64,000 bases of DNA, taken from the NCBI RefSeq assembly GCF_022539665.2, contig NC_081332.1:620001-684000 (forward strand), in the 5' to 3' direction. The DNA is from Daphnia carinata (taxonomy: Eukaryota). The notes under the pieces are model-generated. The model searched no databases. It was not told the DNA's origin and worked only from the letters and a program-made list of their open reading frames with translations. This document shows positions 39,153-52,020 of the stretch, one piece after another. The translations under genes and the position numbers were made by a program. Positions within the stretch are counted from its first letter, which is position 1, and each line of letters starts with the position of its first letter.

Positions 39153-39240
39153 GCCTCTGTGGCGCAATTGGCTAGCGCGTTCGGCTGTTACGAATTTCGT
39201 CGATACCGGAAGGCTGGTGGTTCGAGCCCACCCAGGGGCG
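39153..39240 (+). tRNA. tRNA-Asn(GTT) unit 5, intron A, variant flanks
   Basis: Leader AAGTG, trailer AGCCATTG. Confidence 0.92.
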
Positions 39241-39511
39241 AGCCATTGAAGTGCAAACAAATATGGACACTGCACACCGATTGCACTATCTTTTTTTGGA
39301 AGCTTCATAATTATTTGCCTATATCTTGGCCTAGTACTAAGTAATGGAAAACCACATATGCGCTAAATACAACCAGGCTGTCGTAAAGTTAGTTAATGTT
39401 GTCCCGTGGCATTCATGTCATTGATGTCAAACAAATTTGGTTGCCTTACAGACTTACAGATGGCGGTGACCTCACGAATCAATGAGTCAATCTTGTAAAA
39501 TGCAAACCGAT

Positions 39512-39584
39512 TGTTCTCACCCAGGGTCGAACTGAGGACCTTCAGCGTGTAAAGCCGACGTGATAACCGCTACACTATGAGAAC
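39512..39584 (-). tRNA. tRNA-Val(TAC) unit 5
   Basis: Repeat copy. Confidence 0.9.
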
Positions 39585-39687
39585 GTTTAATTTATGTCAC
39601 CAGCAACGGTCTTAATCCAATCATGACGAAATCAGGAAATTCCAAATTAATAGTCGTCTTTCACATTTGCTTTTCACTTAAATGTCT

Positions 39688-39760
39688 TGTTCCCACCCAG
39701 GATCGAACTGAGGACCTTCAGCGTGTTAGGCCGACGTGATAACCACTACACTATGGGAAC
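39688..39760 (-). tRNA. tRNA-Val(AAC) unit 5
   Basis: Repeat copy. Confidence 0.9.
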
Positions 39761-40229
39761 GCATTTCAGACAACTATTACAGCCACATATACCAACAGCA
39801 ATTGACCTGATGAACATTCAACACTACTCGTACGAGGTGGGGGTCGAACCCACGACCAATTTATTACCAATCTTTTCCTCTAACGACTGAGCTAGCCAGG
39901 ACACATGAACGATGAATCCTCTGTCAACCATGTATTTTTCGGTGTTTGAAATTTTCAGATTATCCGTCTAAAATCTAGTTTTCAACTTACCAAACATCCC
40001 TAAACTTATTATAAATCGTTAATGAGTTATTTCGTGAGTGAAATAAGTCTAGTTACATGTGTTCACGGCCAGGCAAACGGTACCAGCAAACGAAACCCAA
40101 TACTGAATCTACCCATCGGTGTAGTAGTTCCTTTTTGTAGAGAACAATGAAGCAATATGAAATCAAAACTGTAATAAACGTTAATGATGTTTACCATATG
40201 CATGATTTTGCGCAAAATTACAACAACGC

Positions 40230-40303
40230 GCCTCTGTGGCGCAATTGGCTAGCGCGTTCGGCTGTTAACCGGAAGGCTGGTGGTTCGATCCCACCCAGGG
40301 GCG
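40230..40303 (+). tRNA. tRNA-Asn(GTT) unit 6, intronless
   Basis: T-loop variant TTCGATC. Confidence 0.93.
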
Positions 40304-40574
40304 ATGCAATGAAGTGCAAACAAATATGGACACTGCACACCGATTGCACTATCTTTTTTTGGAAGCTTCATAATTATTTGCCTATATCTTGGCCTAGTAC
40401 TAAGTAATGGAAAACCACATATGCGCTAAATACAACCAGGCTGTCGTAAAGTTAGTTAATGTTGTCCCGTGGCATTCATGTCATTGATGTCAAACAAATT
40501 TGGTTGCCTTACAGACTTACAGATGGCGGTGACCTCACGAATCAATGAGTCAATCTTGTAAAATGCAAACCGAT

Positions 40575-40647
40575 TGTTCTCACCCAGGGTCGAACTGAGG
40601 ACCTTCAGCGTGTAAAGCCGACGTGATAACCGCTACACTATGAGAAC
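40575..40647 (-). tRNA. tRNA-Val(TAC) unit 6
   Basis: Repeat copy. Confidence 0.9.
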
Positions 40648-40750
40648 GTTTAATTTATGTCACCAGCAACGGTCTTAATCCAATCATGACGAAATCAGGA
40701 AATTCCAAATTAATAGTCGTCTTTCACATTTGCTTTTCACTTAAATGTCT

Positions 40751-40823
40751 TGTTCCCACCCAGGATCGAACTGAGGACCTTCAGCGTGTTAGGCCGACGT
40801 GATAACCACTACACTATGGGAAC
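40751..40823 (-). tRNA. tRNA-Val(AAC) unit 6
   Basis: Repeat copy. Confidence 0.9.
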
Positions 40824-41292
40824 GCATTTCAGACAACTATTACAGCCAAATATACCAACAGCAATTGACCTGATGAACATTCAACACTACTCGTACGAGG
40901 TGGGGGTCGAACCCACGACCAATTTATTACCAATCTTTTCCTCTAACGACTGAGCTAGCCAGGACACATGAACGATGAATCCTCTGTCAACCATGTATTT
41001 TTCGGTGTTTGAAATTTTCAGATTATCCGTCTAAAATCTAGTTTTCAACTTACCAAACATCCCTAAACTTATTATAAATCGTTAATGAGTTATTTCGTGA
41101 GTGAAATAAGTCTAGTTACATGTGTTCACGGCCAGGCAAACGGTACCAGCAAACGAAACCCAATACTGAATCTACCCATCGGTGTAGTAGTTCCTTTTTG
41201 TAGAGAACAATGAAGCAATATGAAATCAAAACTGTAATAAACGTTAATGATGTTTACCATATGCATGATTTTGCGCAAAATTACAACAACGG

Positions 41293-41366
41293 GCCTCTGT
41301 GGCGCAATTGGCTAGCGCGTTCGGCTGTTAAACGGAAGGCTGGTGGTTCGAGCCCACCCAGGGGCG
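41293..41366 (+). tRNA. tRNA-Asn(GTT) unit 7, intronless, G31-A39 mismatch
   Basis: GGCTGTTAAACGG. Confidence 0.8.
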
Positions 41367-41637
41367 ATGCAATGAAGTGCAAACAAATATGGACACTGCA
41401 CACCGATTGCACTATCTTTTTTTGGAAGCTTCATAATTATTTGCCTATATCTTGGCCTAGTACTAAGTAATGGAAAACCACATATGCGCTAAATACAACC
41501 AGGCTGTCGTAAAGTTAGTTAATGTTGTCCCGTGGCATTCATGTCATTGATGTCAAACAAATTTGGTTGCCTTACAGACTTACAGATGGCGGTGACCTCA
41601 CGAATCAATGAGTCAATCTTGTAAAATGCAAACCGAT

Positions 41638-41710
41638 TGTTCTCACCCAGGGTCGAACTGAGGACCTTCAGCGTGTAAAGCCGACGTGATAACCGCTACA
41701 CTATGAGAAC
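41638..41710 (-). tRNA. tRNA-Val(TAC) unit 7
   Basis: Repeat copy. Confidence 0.9.
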
Positions 41711-41813
41711 GTTTAATTTATGTCACCAGCAACGGTCTTAATCCAATCATGACGAAATCAGGAAATTCCAAATTAATAGTCGTCTTTCACATTTGCTTTT
41801 CACTTAAATGTCT

Positions 41814-41886
41814 TGTTCCCACCCAGGATCGAACTGAGGACCTTCAGCGTGTTAGGCCGACGTGATAACCACTAAACTATGGGAAC
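41814..41886 (-). tRNA. tRNA-Val(AAC) unit 7, D-stem variant
   Basis: Plus strand CACTAAACTA instead of CACTACACTA. Confidence 0.8.
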
Positions 41887-42357
41887 GCATTTCAGACAAC
41901 TATTACAGCCAAATATACCAACAGCAATTGACCTGATGAACATTCAACACTACTCGTACGAGGTGGGGGTCGAACCCACGACCAATTTATTACCAATCTT
42001 TTCCTCTAACGACTGAGCTAGCCAGGACACATGAACGATGAATCCTCTGTCAACCATGTATTTTTCGGTGTTTGAAATTTTCAGATTATCCGTCTAAAAT
42101 CTAGTTTTCAACTTACCAAACATCCCTAAACTTATTATAAATCGTTAATGAGTTATTTCGTGAGTGAAATAAGTCTAGTTACATGTGTTCACGGCCAGGC
42201 AAACGGTACCAGCAAACGAAACCCAATACTGAATCTACCCATCGGTGTAGTAGTTCCTTTTTGTAGAGAACAATGAAGCAATATGAAATCAAAACTGTAA
42301 TAAACGTTAATGATGTTTACCATATGCATGATTTTGCGCAAAAAATTACAACAACGC

Positions 42358-42431
42358 GCCTCTGTGGCGCAATTGGCTAGCGCGTTCGGCTGTTAACCGG
42401 AAGGCTGGTGGTTCGAGCCCACCCAGGGGCG
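42358..42431 (+). tRNA. tRNA-Asn(GTT) unit 8, intronless
   Basis: GGCTGTTAACCGG. Confidence 0.93.
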
Positions 42432-42702
42432 ATGCAATGAAGTGCAAACAAATATGGACACTGCACACCGATTGCACTATCTTTTTTTGGAAGCTTCATA
42501 ATTATTTGCCTATATCTTGGCCTAGTACTAAGTAATGGAAAACCACATATGCGCTAAATACAACCAGGCTGTCGTAAAGTTAGTTAATGTTGTCCCGTGG
42601 CATTCATGTCATTGATGTCAAACAAATTTGGTTGCCTTACAGACTTACAGATGGCGGTGACCTCACGAATCAATGAGTCAATCTTGTAAAATGCAAACCG
42701 AT

Positions 42703-42775
42703 TGTTCTCACCCAGGGTCGAACTGAGGACCTTCAGCGTGTAAAGCCGACGTGATAACCGCTACACTATGAGAAC
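42703..42775 (-). tRNA. tRNA-Val(TAC) unit 8
   Basis: Repeat copy. Confidence 0.9.
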
Positions 42776-42878
42776 GTTTAATTTATGTCACCAGCAACGG
42801 TCTTAATCCAATCATGACGAAATCAGGAAATTCCAAATTAATAGTCGTCTTTCACATTTGCTTTTCACTTAAATGTCT

Positions 42879-42951
42879 TGTTCCCACCCAGGATCGAACT
42901 GAGGACCTTCAGCGTGTTAGGCCGACGTGATAACCACTACACTATGGGAAC
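42879..42951 (-). tRNA. tRNA-Val(AAC) unit 8
   Basis: Repeat copy. Confidence 0.9.
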
Positions 42952-43420
42952 GCATTTCAGACAACTATTACAGCCACATATACCAACAGCAATTGACCTG
43001 ATGAACATTCAACACTACTCGTACGAGGTGGGGGTCGAACCCACGACCAATTTATTACCAATCTTTTCCTCTAACGACTGAGCTAGCCAGGACACATGAA
43101 CGATGAATCCTCTGTCAACCATGTATTTTTCGGTGTTTGAAATTTTCAGATTATCCGTCTAAAATCTAGTTTTCAACTTACCAAACATCCCTAAACTTAT
43201 TATAAATCGTTAATGAGTTATTTCGTGAGTGAAATAAGTCTAGTTACATGTGTTCACGGCCAGGCAAACGGTACCAGCAAACGAAACCCAATACTGAATC
43301 TACCCATCGGTGTAGTAGTTCCTTTTTGTAGAGAACAATGAAGCAATATGAAATCAAAACTGTAATAAACGTTAATGATGTTTACCATATGCATGATTTT
43401 GCGCAAAATTACAACAACGG

Positions 43421-43508
43421 GCCTCTGTGGCGCAATTGGCTAGCGCGTTCGGCTGTTACGAATTTCGTCGATACCGGAAGGCTGGTGGTTCGAGCCCACC
43501 CAGGGGCG
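43421..43508 (+). tRNA. tRNA-Asn(GTT) unit 9, intron A
   Basis: As unit 1. Confidence 0.92.
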
Positions 43509-43779
43509 ATGCAATGAAGTGCAAACAAATATGGACACTGCACACCGATTGCACTATCTTTTTTTGGAAGCTTCATAATTATTTGCCTATATCTTGGCCT
43601 AGTACTAAGTAATGGAAAACCACATATGCGCTAAATACAACCAGGCTGTCGTAAAGTTAGTTAATGTTGTCCCGTGGCATTCATGTCATTGATGTCAAAC
43701 AAATTTGGTTGCCTTACAGACTTACAGATGGCGGTGACCTCACGAATCAATGAGTCAATCTTGTAAAATGCAAACCGAT

Positions 43780-43852
43780 TGTTCTCACCCAGGGTCGAAC
43801 TGAGGACCTTCAGCGTGTAAAGCCGACGTGATAACCGCTACACTATGAGAAC
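43780..43852 (-). tRNA. tRNA-Val(TAC) unit 9
   Basis: Repeat copy. Confidence 0.9.
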
Positions 43853-43955
43853 GTTTAATTTATGTCACCAGCAACGGTCTTAATCCAATCATGACGAAAT
43901 CAGGAAATTCCAAATTAATAGTCGTCTTTCACATTTGCTTTTCACTTAAATGTCT

Positions 43956-44028
43956 TGTTCCCACCCAGGATCGAACTGAGGACCTTCAGCGTGTTAGGCC
44001 GACGTGATAACCACTACACTATGGGAAC
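43956..44028 (-). tRNA. tRNA-Val(AAC) unit 9
   Basis: Repeat copy. Confidence 0.9.
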
Positions 44029-44497
44029 GCATTTCAGACAACTATTACAGCCACATATACCAACAGCAATTGACCTGATGAACATTCAACACTACTCGTA
44101 CGAGGTGGGGGTCGAACCCACGACCAATTTATTACCAATCTTTTCCTCTAACGACTGAGCTAGCCAGGACACATGAACGATGAATCCTCTGTCAACCATG
44201 TATTTTTCGGTGTTTGAAATTTTCAGATTATCCGTCTAAAATCTAGTTTTCAACTTACCAAACATCCCTAAACTTATTATAAATCGTTAATGAGTTATTT
44301 CGTGAGTGAAATAAGTCTAGTTACATGTGTTCACGGCCAGGCAAACGGTACCAGCAAACGAAACCCAATACTGAATCTACCCATCGGTGTAGTAGTTCCT
44401 TTTTGTAGAGAACAATGAAGCAATATGAAATCAAAACTGTAATAAACGTTAATGATGTTTACCATATGCATGATTTTGCGCAAAATTACAACAACGG

Positions 44498-44585
44498 GCC
44501 TCTGTGGCGCAATTGGCTAGCGCGTTCGGCTGTTACGAATTTCGTCGATACCGGAAGGCTGGTGGTTCGAGCCCACCCAGGGGCG
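44498..44585 (+). tRNA. tRNA-Asn(GTT) unit 10, intron A
   Basis: As unit 1. Confidence 0.92.
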
Positions 44586-44856
44586 ATGCAATGAAGTGCA
44601 AACAAATATGGACACTGCACACCGATTGCACTATCTTTTTTTGGAAGCTTCATAATTATTTGCCTATATCTTGGCCTAGTACTAAGTAATGGAAAACCAC
44701 ATATGCGCTAAATACAACCAGGCTGTCGTAAAGTTAGTTAATGTTGTCCCGTGGCATTCATGTCATTGATGTCAAACAAATTTGGTTGCCTTACAGACTT
44801 ACAGATGGCGGTGACCTCACGAATCAATGAGTCAATCTTGTAAAATGCAAACCGAT

Positions 44857-44929
44857 TGTTCTCACCCAGGGTCGAACTGAGGACCTTCAGCGTGTAAAGC
44901 CGACGTGATAACCGCTACACTATGAGAAC
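44857..44929 (-). tRNA. tRNA-Val(TAC) unit 10
   Basis: Repeat copy. Confidence 0.9.
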
Positions 44930-45032
44930 GTTTAATTTATGTCACCAGCAACGGTCTTAATCCAATCATGACGAAATCAGGAAATTCCAAATTAATAGTC
45001 GTCTTTCACATTTGCTTTTCACTTAAATGTCT

Positions 45033-45105
45033 TGTTCCCACCCAGGATCGAACTGAGGACCTTCAGCGTGTTAGGCCGACGTGATAACCACTACACTATG
45101 GGAAC
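45033..45105 (-). tRNA. tRNA-Val(AAC) unit 10
   Basis: Repeat copy. Confidence 0.9.
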
Positions 45106-45574
45106 GCATTTCAGACAACTATTACAGCCAAATATACCAACAGCAATTGACCTGATGAACATTCAACACTACTCGTACGAGGTGGGGGTCGAACCCACGA
45201 CCAATTTATTACCAATCTTTTCCTCTAACGACTGAGCTAGCCAGGACACATGAACGATGAATCCTCTGTCAACCATGTATTTTTCGGTGTTTGAAATTTT
45301 CAGATTATCCGTCTAAAATCTAGTTTTCAACTTACCAAACATCCCTAAACTTATTATAAATCGTTAATGAGTTATTTCGTGAGTGAAATAAGTCTAGTTA
45401 CATGTGTTCACGGCCAGGCAAACGGTACCAGCAAACGAAACCCAATACTGAATCTACCCATCGGTGTAGTAGTTCCTTTTTGTAGAGAACAATGAAGCAA
45501 TATGAAATCAAAACTGTAATAAACGTTAATGATGTTTACCATATGCATGATTTTGCGCAAAATTACAACAAGTG

Positions 45575-45662
45575 GCCTCTGTGGCGCAATTGGCTAGCGC
45601 GTTCGGCTGTTACGAATTTCGTCGATACCGGAAGGCTGGTGGTTCGAGCCCACCCAGGGGCG
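45575..45662 (+). tRNA. tRNA-Asn(GTT) unit 11, intron A, variant flanks
   Basis: Same flanks as unit 5. Confidence 0.92.
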
Positions 45663-45933
45663 AGCCATTGAAGTGCAAACAAATATGGACACTGCACACC
45701 GATTGCACTATCTTTTTTTGGAAGCTTCATAATTATTTGCCTATATCTTGGCCTAGTACTAAGTAATGGAAAACCACATATGCGCTAAATACAACCAGGC
45801 TGTCGTAAAGTTAGTTAATGTTGTCCCGTGGCATTCATGTCATTGATGTCAAACAAATTTGGTTGCCTTACAGACTTACAGATGGCGGTGACCTCACGAA
45901 TCAATGAGTCAATCTTGTAAAATGCAAACCGAT

Positions 45934-46006
45934 TGTTCTCACCCAGGGTCGAACTGAGGACCTTCAGCGTGTAAAGCCGACGTGATAACCGCTACACTAT
46001 GAGAAC
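45934..46006 (-). tRNA. tRNA-Val(TAC) unit 11
   Basis: Repeat copy. Confidence 0.9.
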
Positions 46007-46109
46007 GTTTAATTTATGTCACCAGCAACGGTCTTAATCCAATCATGACGAAATCAGGAAATTCCAAATTAATAGTCGTCTTTCACATTTGCTTTTCACT
46101 TAAATGTCT

Positions 46110-46182
46110 TGTTCCCACCCAGGATCGAACTGAGGACCTTCAGCGTGTTAGGCCGACGTGATAACCACTACACTATGGGAAC
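46110..46182 (-). tRNA. tRNA-Val(AAC) unit 11
   Basis: Repeat copy. Confidence 0.9.
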
Positions 46183-46651
46183 GCATTTCAGACAACTATT
46201 ACAGCCACATATACCAACAGCAATTGACCTGATGAACATTCAACACTACTCGTACGAGGTGGGGGTCGAACCCACGACCAATTTATTACCAATCTTTTCC
46301 TCTAACGACTGAGCTAGCCAGGACACATGAACGATGAATCCTCTGTCAACCATGTATTTTTCGGTGTTTGAAATTTTCAGATTATCCGTCTAAAATCTAG
46401 TTTTCAACTTACCAAACATCCCTAAACTTATTATAAATCGTTAATGAGTTATTTCGTGAGTGAAATAAGTCTAGTTACATGTGTTCACGGCCAGGCAAAC
46501 GGTACCAGCAAACGAAACCCAATACTGAATCTACCCATCGGTGTAGTAGTTCCTTTTTGTAGAGAACAATGAAGCAATATGAAATCAAAACTGTAATAAA
46601 CGTTAATGATGTTTACCATATGCATGATTTTGCGCAAAATTACAACAACGC

Positions 46652-46725
46652 GCCTCTGTGGCGCAATTGGCTAGCGCGTTCGGCTGTTAACCGGAAGGCT
46701 GGTGGTTCGAGCCCACCCAGGGGCG
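46652..46725 (+). tRNA. tRNA-Asn(GTT) unit 12, intronless
   Basis: GGCTGTTAACCGG. Confidence 0.93.
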
Positions 46726-46996
46726 ATGCAATGAAGTGCAAACAAATATGGACACTGCACACCGATTGCACTATCTTTTTTTGGAAGCTTCATAATTATT
46801 TGCCTATATCTTGGCCTAGTACTAAGTAATGGAAAACCACATATGCGCTAAATACAACCAGGCTGTCGTAAAGTTAGTTAATGTTGTCCCGTGGCATTCA
46901 TGTCATTGATGTCAAACAAATTTGGTTGCCTTACAGACTTACAGATGGCGGTGACCTCACGAATCAATGAGTCAATCTTGTAAAATGCAAACCGAT

Positions 46997-47069
46997 TGTT
47001 CTCACCCAGGGTCGAACTGAGGACCTTCAGCGTGTAAAGCCGACGTGATAACCGCTACACTATGAGAAC
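46997..47069 (-). tRNA. tRNA-Val(TAC) unit 12
   Basis: Repeat copy. Confidence 0.9.
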
Positions 47070-47172
47070 GTTTAATTTATGTCACCAGCAACGGTCTTAA
47101 TCCAATCATGACGAAATCAGGAAATTCCAAATTAATAGTCGTCTTTCACATTTGCTTTTCACTTAAATGTCT

Positions 47173-47245
47173 TGTTCCCACCCAGGATCGAACTGAGGAC
47201 CTTCAGCGTGTTAGGCCGACGTGATAACCACTACACTATGGGAAC
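47173..47245 (-). tRNA. tRNA-Val(AAC) unit 12
   Basis: Repeat copy. Confidence 0.9.
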
Positions 47246-47714
47246 GCATTTCAGACAACTATTACAGCCACATATACCAACAGCAATTGACCTGATGAAC
47301 ATTCAACACTACTCGTACGAGGTGGGGGTCGAACCCACGACCAATTTATTACCAATCTTTTCCTCTAACGACTGAGCTAGCCAGGACACATGAACGATGA
47401 ATCCTCTGTCAACCATGTATTTTTCGGTGTTTGAAATTTTCAGATTATCCGTCTAAAATCTAGTTTTCAACTTACCAAACATCCCTAAACTTATTATAAA
47501 TCGTTAATGAGTTATTTCGTGAGTGAAATAAGTCTAGTTACATGTGTTCACGGCCAGGCAAACGGTACCAGCAAACGAAACCCAATACTGAATCTACCCA
47601 TCGGTGTAGTAGTTCCTTTTTGTAGAGAACAATGAAGCAATATGAAATCAAAACTGTAATAAACGTTAATGATGTTTACCATATGCATGATTTTGCGCAA
47701 AATTAACATGAAGG

Positions 47715-47801
47715 GCCTCTGTGGCGCAATTGGCTAGCGCGTTCGGCTGTTATTGTAGGGCTGTTACCGGAAGGCTGGTGGTTCGAGCCCACCCAGGGGC
47801 G
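47715..47801 (+). tRNA. tRNA-Asn(GTT) unit 13, intron B
   Basis: Intron TTGTAGGGCTGTT at 47753-47765; leader AACATGAAGG, trailer TAGC. Confidence 0.9.
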
Positions 47802-48072
47802 TAGCAATGAAGTGCAAACAAATATGGACACTGCACACCGATTGCACTATCTTTTTTTGGAAGCTTCATAATTATTTGCCTATATCTTGGCCTAGTACTA
47901 AGTAATGGAAAACCACATATGCGCTAAATACAACCAGGCTGTCGTAAAGTTAGTTAATGTTGTCCCGTGGCATTCATGTCATTGATGTCAAACAAATTTG
48001 GTTGCCTTACAGACTTACAGATGGCGGTGACCTCACGAATCAATGAGTCAATCTTGTAAAATGCAAACCGAT

Positions 48073-48145
48073 TGTTCTCACCCAGGGTCGAACTGAGGAC
48101 CTTCAGCGTGTAAAGCCGACGTGATAACCGCTACACTATGAGAAC
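48073..48145 (-). tRNA. tRNA-Val(TAC) unit 13
   Basis: Repeat copy. Confidence 0.9.
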
Positions 48146-48248
48146 GTTTAATTTATGTCACCAGCAACGGTCTTAATCCAATCATGACGAAATCAGGAAA
48201 TTCCAAATTAATAGTCGTCTTTCACATTTGCTTTTCACTTAAATGTCT

Positions 48249-48321
48249 TGTTCCCACCCAGGATCGAACTGAGGACCTTCAGCGTGTTAGGCCGACGTGA
48301 TAACCACTACACTATGGGAAC
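48249..48321 (-). tRNA. tRNA-Val(AAC) unit 13
   Basis: Repeat copy. Confidence 0.9.
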
Positions 48322-48790
48322 GCATTTCAGACAACTATTACAGCCACATATACCAACAGCAATTGACCTGATGAACATTCAACACTACTCGTACGAGGTG
48401 GGGGTCGAACCCACGACCAATTTATTACCAATCTTTTCCTCTAACGACTGAGCTAGCCAGGACACATGAACGATGAATCCTCTGTCAACCATGTATTTTT
48501 CGGTGTTTGAAATTTTCAGATTATCCGTCTAAAATCTAGTTTTCAACTTACCAAACATCCCTAAACTTATTATAAATCGTTAATGAGTTATTTCGTGAGT
48601 GAAATAAGTCTAGTTACATGTGTTCACGGCCAGGCAAACGGTACCAGCAAACGAAACCCAATACTGAATCTACCCATCGGTGTAGTAGTTCCTTTTTGTA
48701 GAGAACAATGAAGCAATATGAAATCAAAACTGTAATAAACGTTAATGATGTTTACCATATGCATGATTTTGCGCAAAATTACAACAACGG

Positions 48791-48878
48791 GCCTCTGTGG
48801 CGCAATTGGCTAGCGCGTTCGGCTGTTACGAATTTCGTCGATACCGGAAGGCTGGTGGTTCGAGCCCACCCAGGGGCG
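48791..48878 (+). tRNA. tRNA-Asn(GTT) unit 14, intron A
   Basis: As unit 1. Confidence 0.92.
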
Positions 48879-49149
48879 ATGCAATGAAGTGCAAACAAAT
48901 ATGGACACTGCACACCGATTGCACTATCTTTTTTTGGAAGCTTCATAATTATTTGCCTATATCTTGGCCTAGTACTAAGTAATGGAAAACCACATATGCG
49001 CTAAATACAACCAGGCTGTCGTAAAGTTAGTTAATGTTGTCCCGTGGCATTCATGTCATTGATGTCAAACAAATTTGGTTGCCTTACAGACTTACAGATG
49101 GCGGTGACCTCACGAATCAATGAGTCAATCTTGTAAAATGCAAACCGAT

Positions 49150-49222
49150 TGTTCTCACCCAGGGTCGAACTGAGGACCTTCAGCGTGTAAAGCCGACGTG
49201 ATAACCGCTACACTATGAGAAC
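49150..49222 (-). tRNA. tRNA-Val(TAC) unit 14
   Basis: Repeat copy. Confidence 0.9.
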
Positions 49223-49325
49223 GTTTAATTTATGTCACCAGCAACGGTCTTAATCCAATCATGACGAAATCAGGAAATTCCAAATTAATAGTCGTCTTTC
49301 ACATTTGCTTTTCACTTAAATGTCT

Positions 49326-49398
49326 TGTTGCCACCCAGGATCGAACTGAGGACCTTCAGCGTGTTAGGCCGACGTGATAACCACTAAACTATGGGAAC
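49326..49398 (-). tRNA. tRNA-Val(AAC) unit 14, acceptor- and D-stem mismatches (possible pseudogene)
   Basis: Plus strand TGTTGCCACC and CACTAAACTA variants. Confidence 0.7.
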
Positions 49399-49867
49399 GC
49401 ATTTCAGACAACTATTACAGCCACATATACCAACAGCAATTGACCTGATGAACATTCAACACTACTCGTACGAGGTGGGGGTCGAACCCACGACCAATTT
49501 ATTACCAATCTTTTCCTCTAACGACTGAGCTAGCCAGGACACATGAACGATGAATCCTCTGTCAACCATGTATTTTTCGGTGTTTGAAATTTTCAGATTA
49601 TCCGTCTAAAATCTAGTTTTCAACTTACCAAACATCCCTAAACTTATTATAAATCGTTAATGAGTTATTTCGTGAGTGAAATAAGTCTAGTTACATGTGT
49701 TCACGGCCAGGCAAACGGTACCAGCAAACGAAACCCAATACTGAATCTACCCATCGGTGTAGTAGTTCCTTTTTGTAGAGAACAATGAAGCAATATGAAA
49801 TCAAAACTGTAATAAACGTTAATGATGTTTACCATATGCATGATTTTGCGCAAAATTACAACAACGG

Positions 49868-49955
49868 GCCTCTGTGGCGCAATTGGCTAGCGCGTTCGGC
49901 TGTTACGAATTTCGTCGATACCGGAAGGCTGGTGGTTCGAGCCCACCCAGGGGCG
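49868..49955 (+). tRNA. tRNA-Asn(GTT) unit 15, intron A
   Basis: As unit 1. Confidence 0.92.
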
Positions 49956-50226
49956 ATGCAATGAAGTGCAAACAAATATGGACACTGCACACCGATTGCA
50001 CTATCTTTTTTTGGAAGCTTCATAATTATTTGCCTATATCTTGGCCTAGTACTAAGTAATGGAAAACCACATATGCGCTAAATACAACCAGGCTGTCGTA
50101 AAGTTAGTTAATGTTGTCCCGTGGCATTCATGTCATTGATGTCAAACAAATTTGGTTGCCTTACAGACTTACAGATGGCGGTGACCTCACGAATCAATGA
50201 GTCAATCTTGTAAAATGCAAACCGAT

Positions 50227-50299
50227 TGTTCTCACCCAGGGTCGAACTGAGGACCTTCAGCGTGTAAAGCCGACGTGATAACCGCTACACTATGAGAAC
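50227..50299 (-). tRNA. tRNA-Val(TAC) unit 15
   Basis: Repeat copy. Confidence 0.9.
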
Positions 50300-50402
50300 G
50301 TTTAATTTATGTCACCAGCAACGGTCTTAATCCAATCATGACGAAATCAGGAAATTCCAAATTAATAGTCGTCTTTCACATTTGCTTTTCACTTAAATGT
50401 CT

Positions 50403-50475
50403 TGTTCCCACCCAGGATCGAACTGAGGACCTTCAGCGTGTTAGGCCGACGTGATAACCACTACACTATGGGAAC
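50403..50475 (-). tRNA. tRNA-Val(AAC) unit 15
   Basis: Repeat copy. Confidence 0.9.
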
Positions 50476-50944
50476 GCATTTCAGACAACTATTACAGCCA
50501 AATATACCAACAGCAATTGACCTGATGAACATTCAACACTACTCGTACGAGGTGGGGGTCGAACCCACGACCAATTTATTACCAATCTTTTCCTCTAACG
50601 ACTGAGCTAGCCAGGACACATGAACGATGAATCCTCTGTCAACCATGTATTTTTCGGTGTTTGAAATTTTCAGATTATCCGTCTAAAATCTAGTTTTCAA
50701 CTTACCAAACATCCCTAAACTTATTATAAATCGTTAATGAGTTATTTCGTGAGTGAAATAAGTCTAGTTACATGTGTTCACGGCCAGGCAAACGGTACCA
50801 GCAAACGAAACCCAATACTGAATCTACCCATCGGTGTAGTAGTTCCTTTTTGTAGAGAACAATGAAGCAATATGAAATCAAAACTGTAATAAACGTTAAT
50901 GATGTTTACCATATGCATGATTTTGCGCAAAATTACAACAATGG

Positions 50945-51031
50945 GCCTCTGTGGCGCAATTGGCTAGCGCGTTCGGCTGTTAGTGTAGGGCTGTCACCGG
51001 AAGGCTGGTGGTTCGAGCCCACCCAGGGGCG
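50945..51031 (+). tRNA. tRNA-Asn(GTT) unit 16, intron B
   Basis: Intron GTGTAGGGCTGTC at 50983-50995; trailer TTCT. Confidence 0.9.
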
Positions 51032-51302
51032 TTCTAATGAAGTGCAAACAAATATGGACACTGCACACCGATTGCACTATCTTTTTTTGGAAGCTTCATA
51101 ATTATTTGCCTATATCTTGGCCTAGTACTAAGTAATGGAAAACCACATATGCGCTAAATACAACCAGGCTGTCGTAAAGTTAGTTAATGTTGTCCCGTGG
51201 CATTCATGTCATTGATGTCAAACAAATTTGGTTGCCTTACAGACTTACAGATGGCGGTGACCTCACGAATCAATGAGTCAATCTTGTAAAATGCAAACCG
51301 AT

Positions 51303-51375
51303 TGTTCTCACCCAGGGTCGAACTGAGGACCTTCAGCGTGTAAAGCCGACGTGATAACCGCTACACTATGAGAAC
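51303..51375 (-). tRNA. tRNA-Val(TAC) unit 16
   Basis: Repeat copy. Confidence 0.9.
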
Positions 51376-51478
51376 GTTCAATTTATGTCACCAGCAACGG
51401 TCTTAATCCAATCATGACGAAATCAGGAAATTCCAAATTAATAGTCGTCTTTCACATTTGCTTTTCACTTAAATGTCT

Positions 51479-51551
51479 TGTTCCCACCCAGGATCGAACT
51501 GAGGACCTTCAGCGTGTTAGGCCGACGTGATAACCACTACACTATGGGAAC
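51479..51551 (-). tRNA. tRNA-Val(AAC) unit 16
   Basis: Repeat copy. Confidence 0.9.
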
Positions 51552-52020
51552 GCATTTCAGACAACTATTACAGCCAAATATACCAACAGCAATTGACCTG
51601 ATGAACATTCAACACTACTCGTACGAGGTGGGGGTCGAACCCACGACCAATTTATTACCAATCTTTTCCTCTAACGACTGAGCTAGCCAGGACACATGAA
51701 CGATGAATCCTCTGTCAACCATGTATTTTTCGGTGTTTGAAATTTTCAGATTATCCGTCTAAAATCTAGTTTTCAACTTACCAAACATCCCTAAACTTAT
51801 TATAAATCGTTAATGAGTTATTTCGTGAGTGAAATAAGTCTAGTTACATGTGTTCACGGCCAGGCAAACGGTACCAGCAAACGAAACCCAATACTGAATC
51901 TACCCATCGGTGTAGTAGTTCCTTTTTGTAGAGAACAATGAAGCAATATGAAATCAAAACTGTAATAAACGTTAATGATGTTTACCATATGCATGATTTT
52001 GCGCAAAATTACAATGAAGG

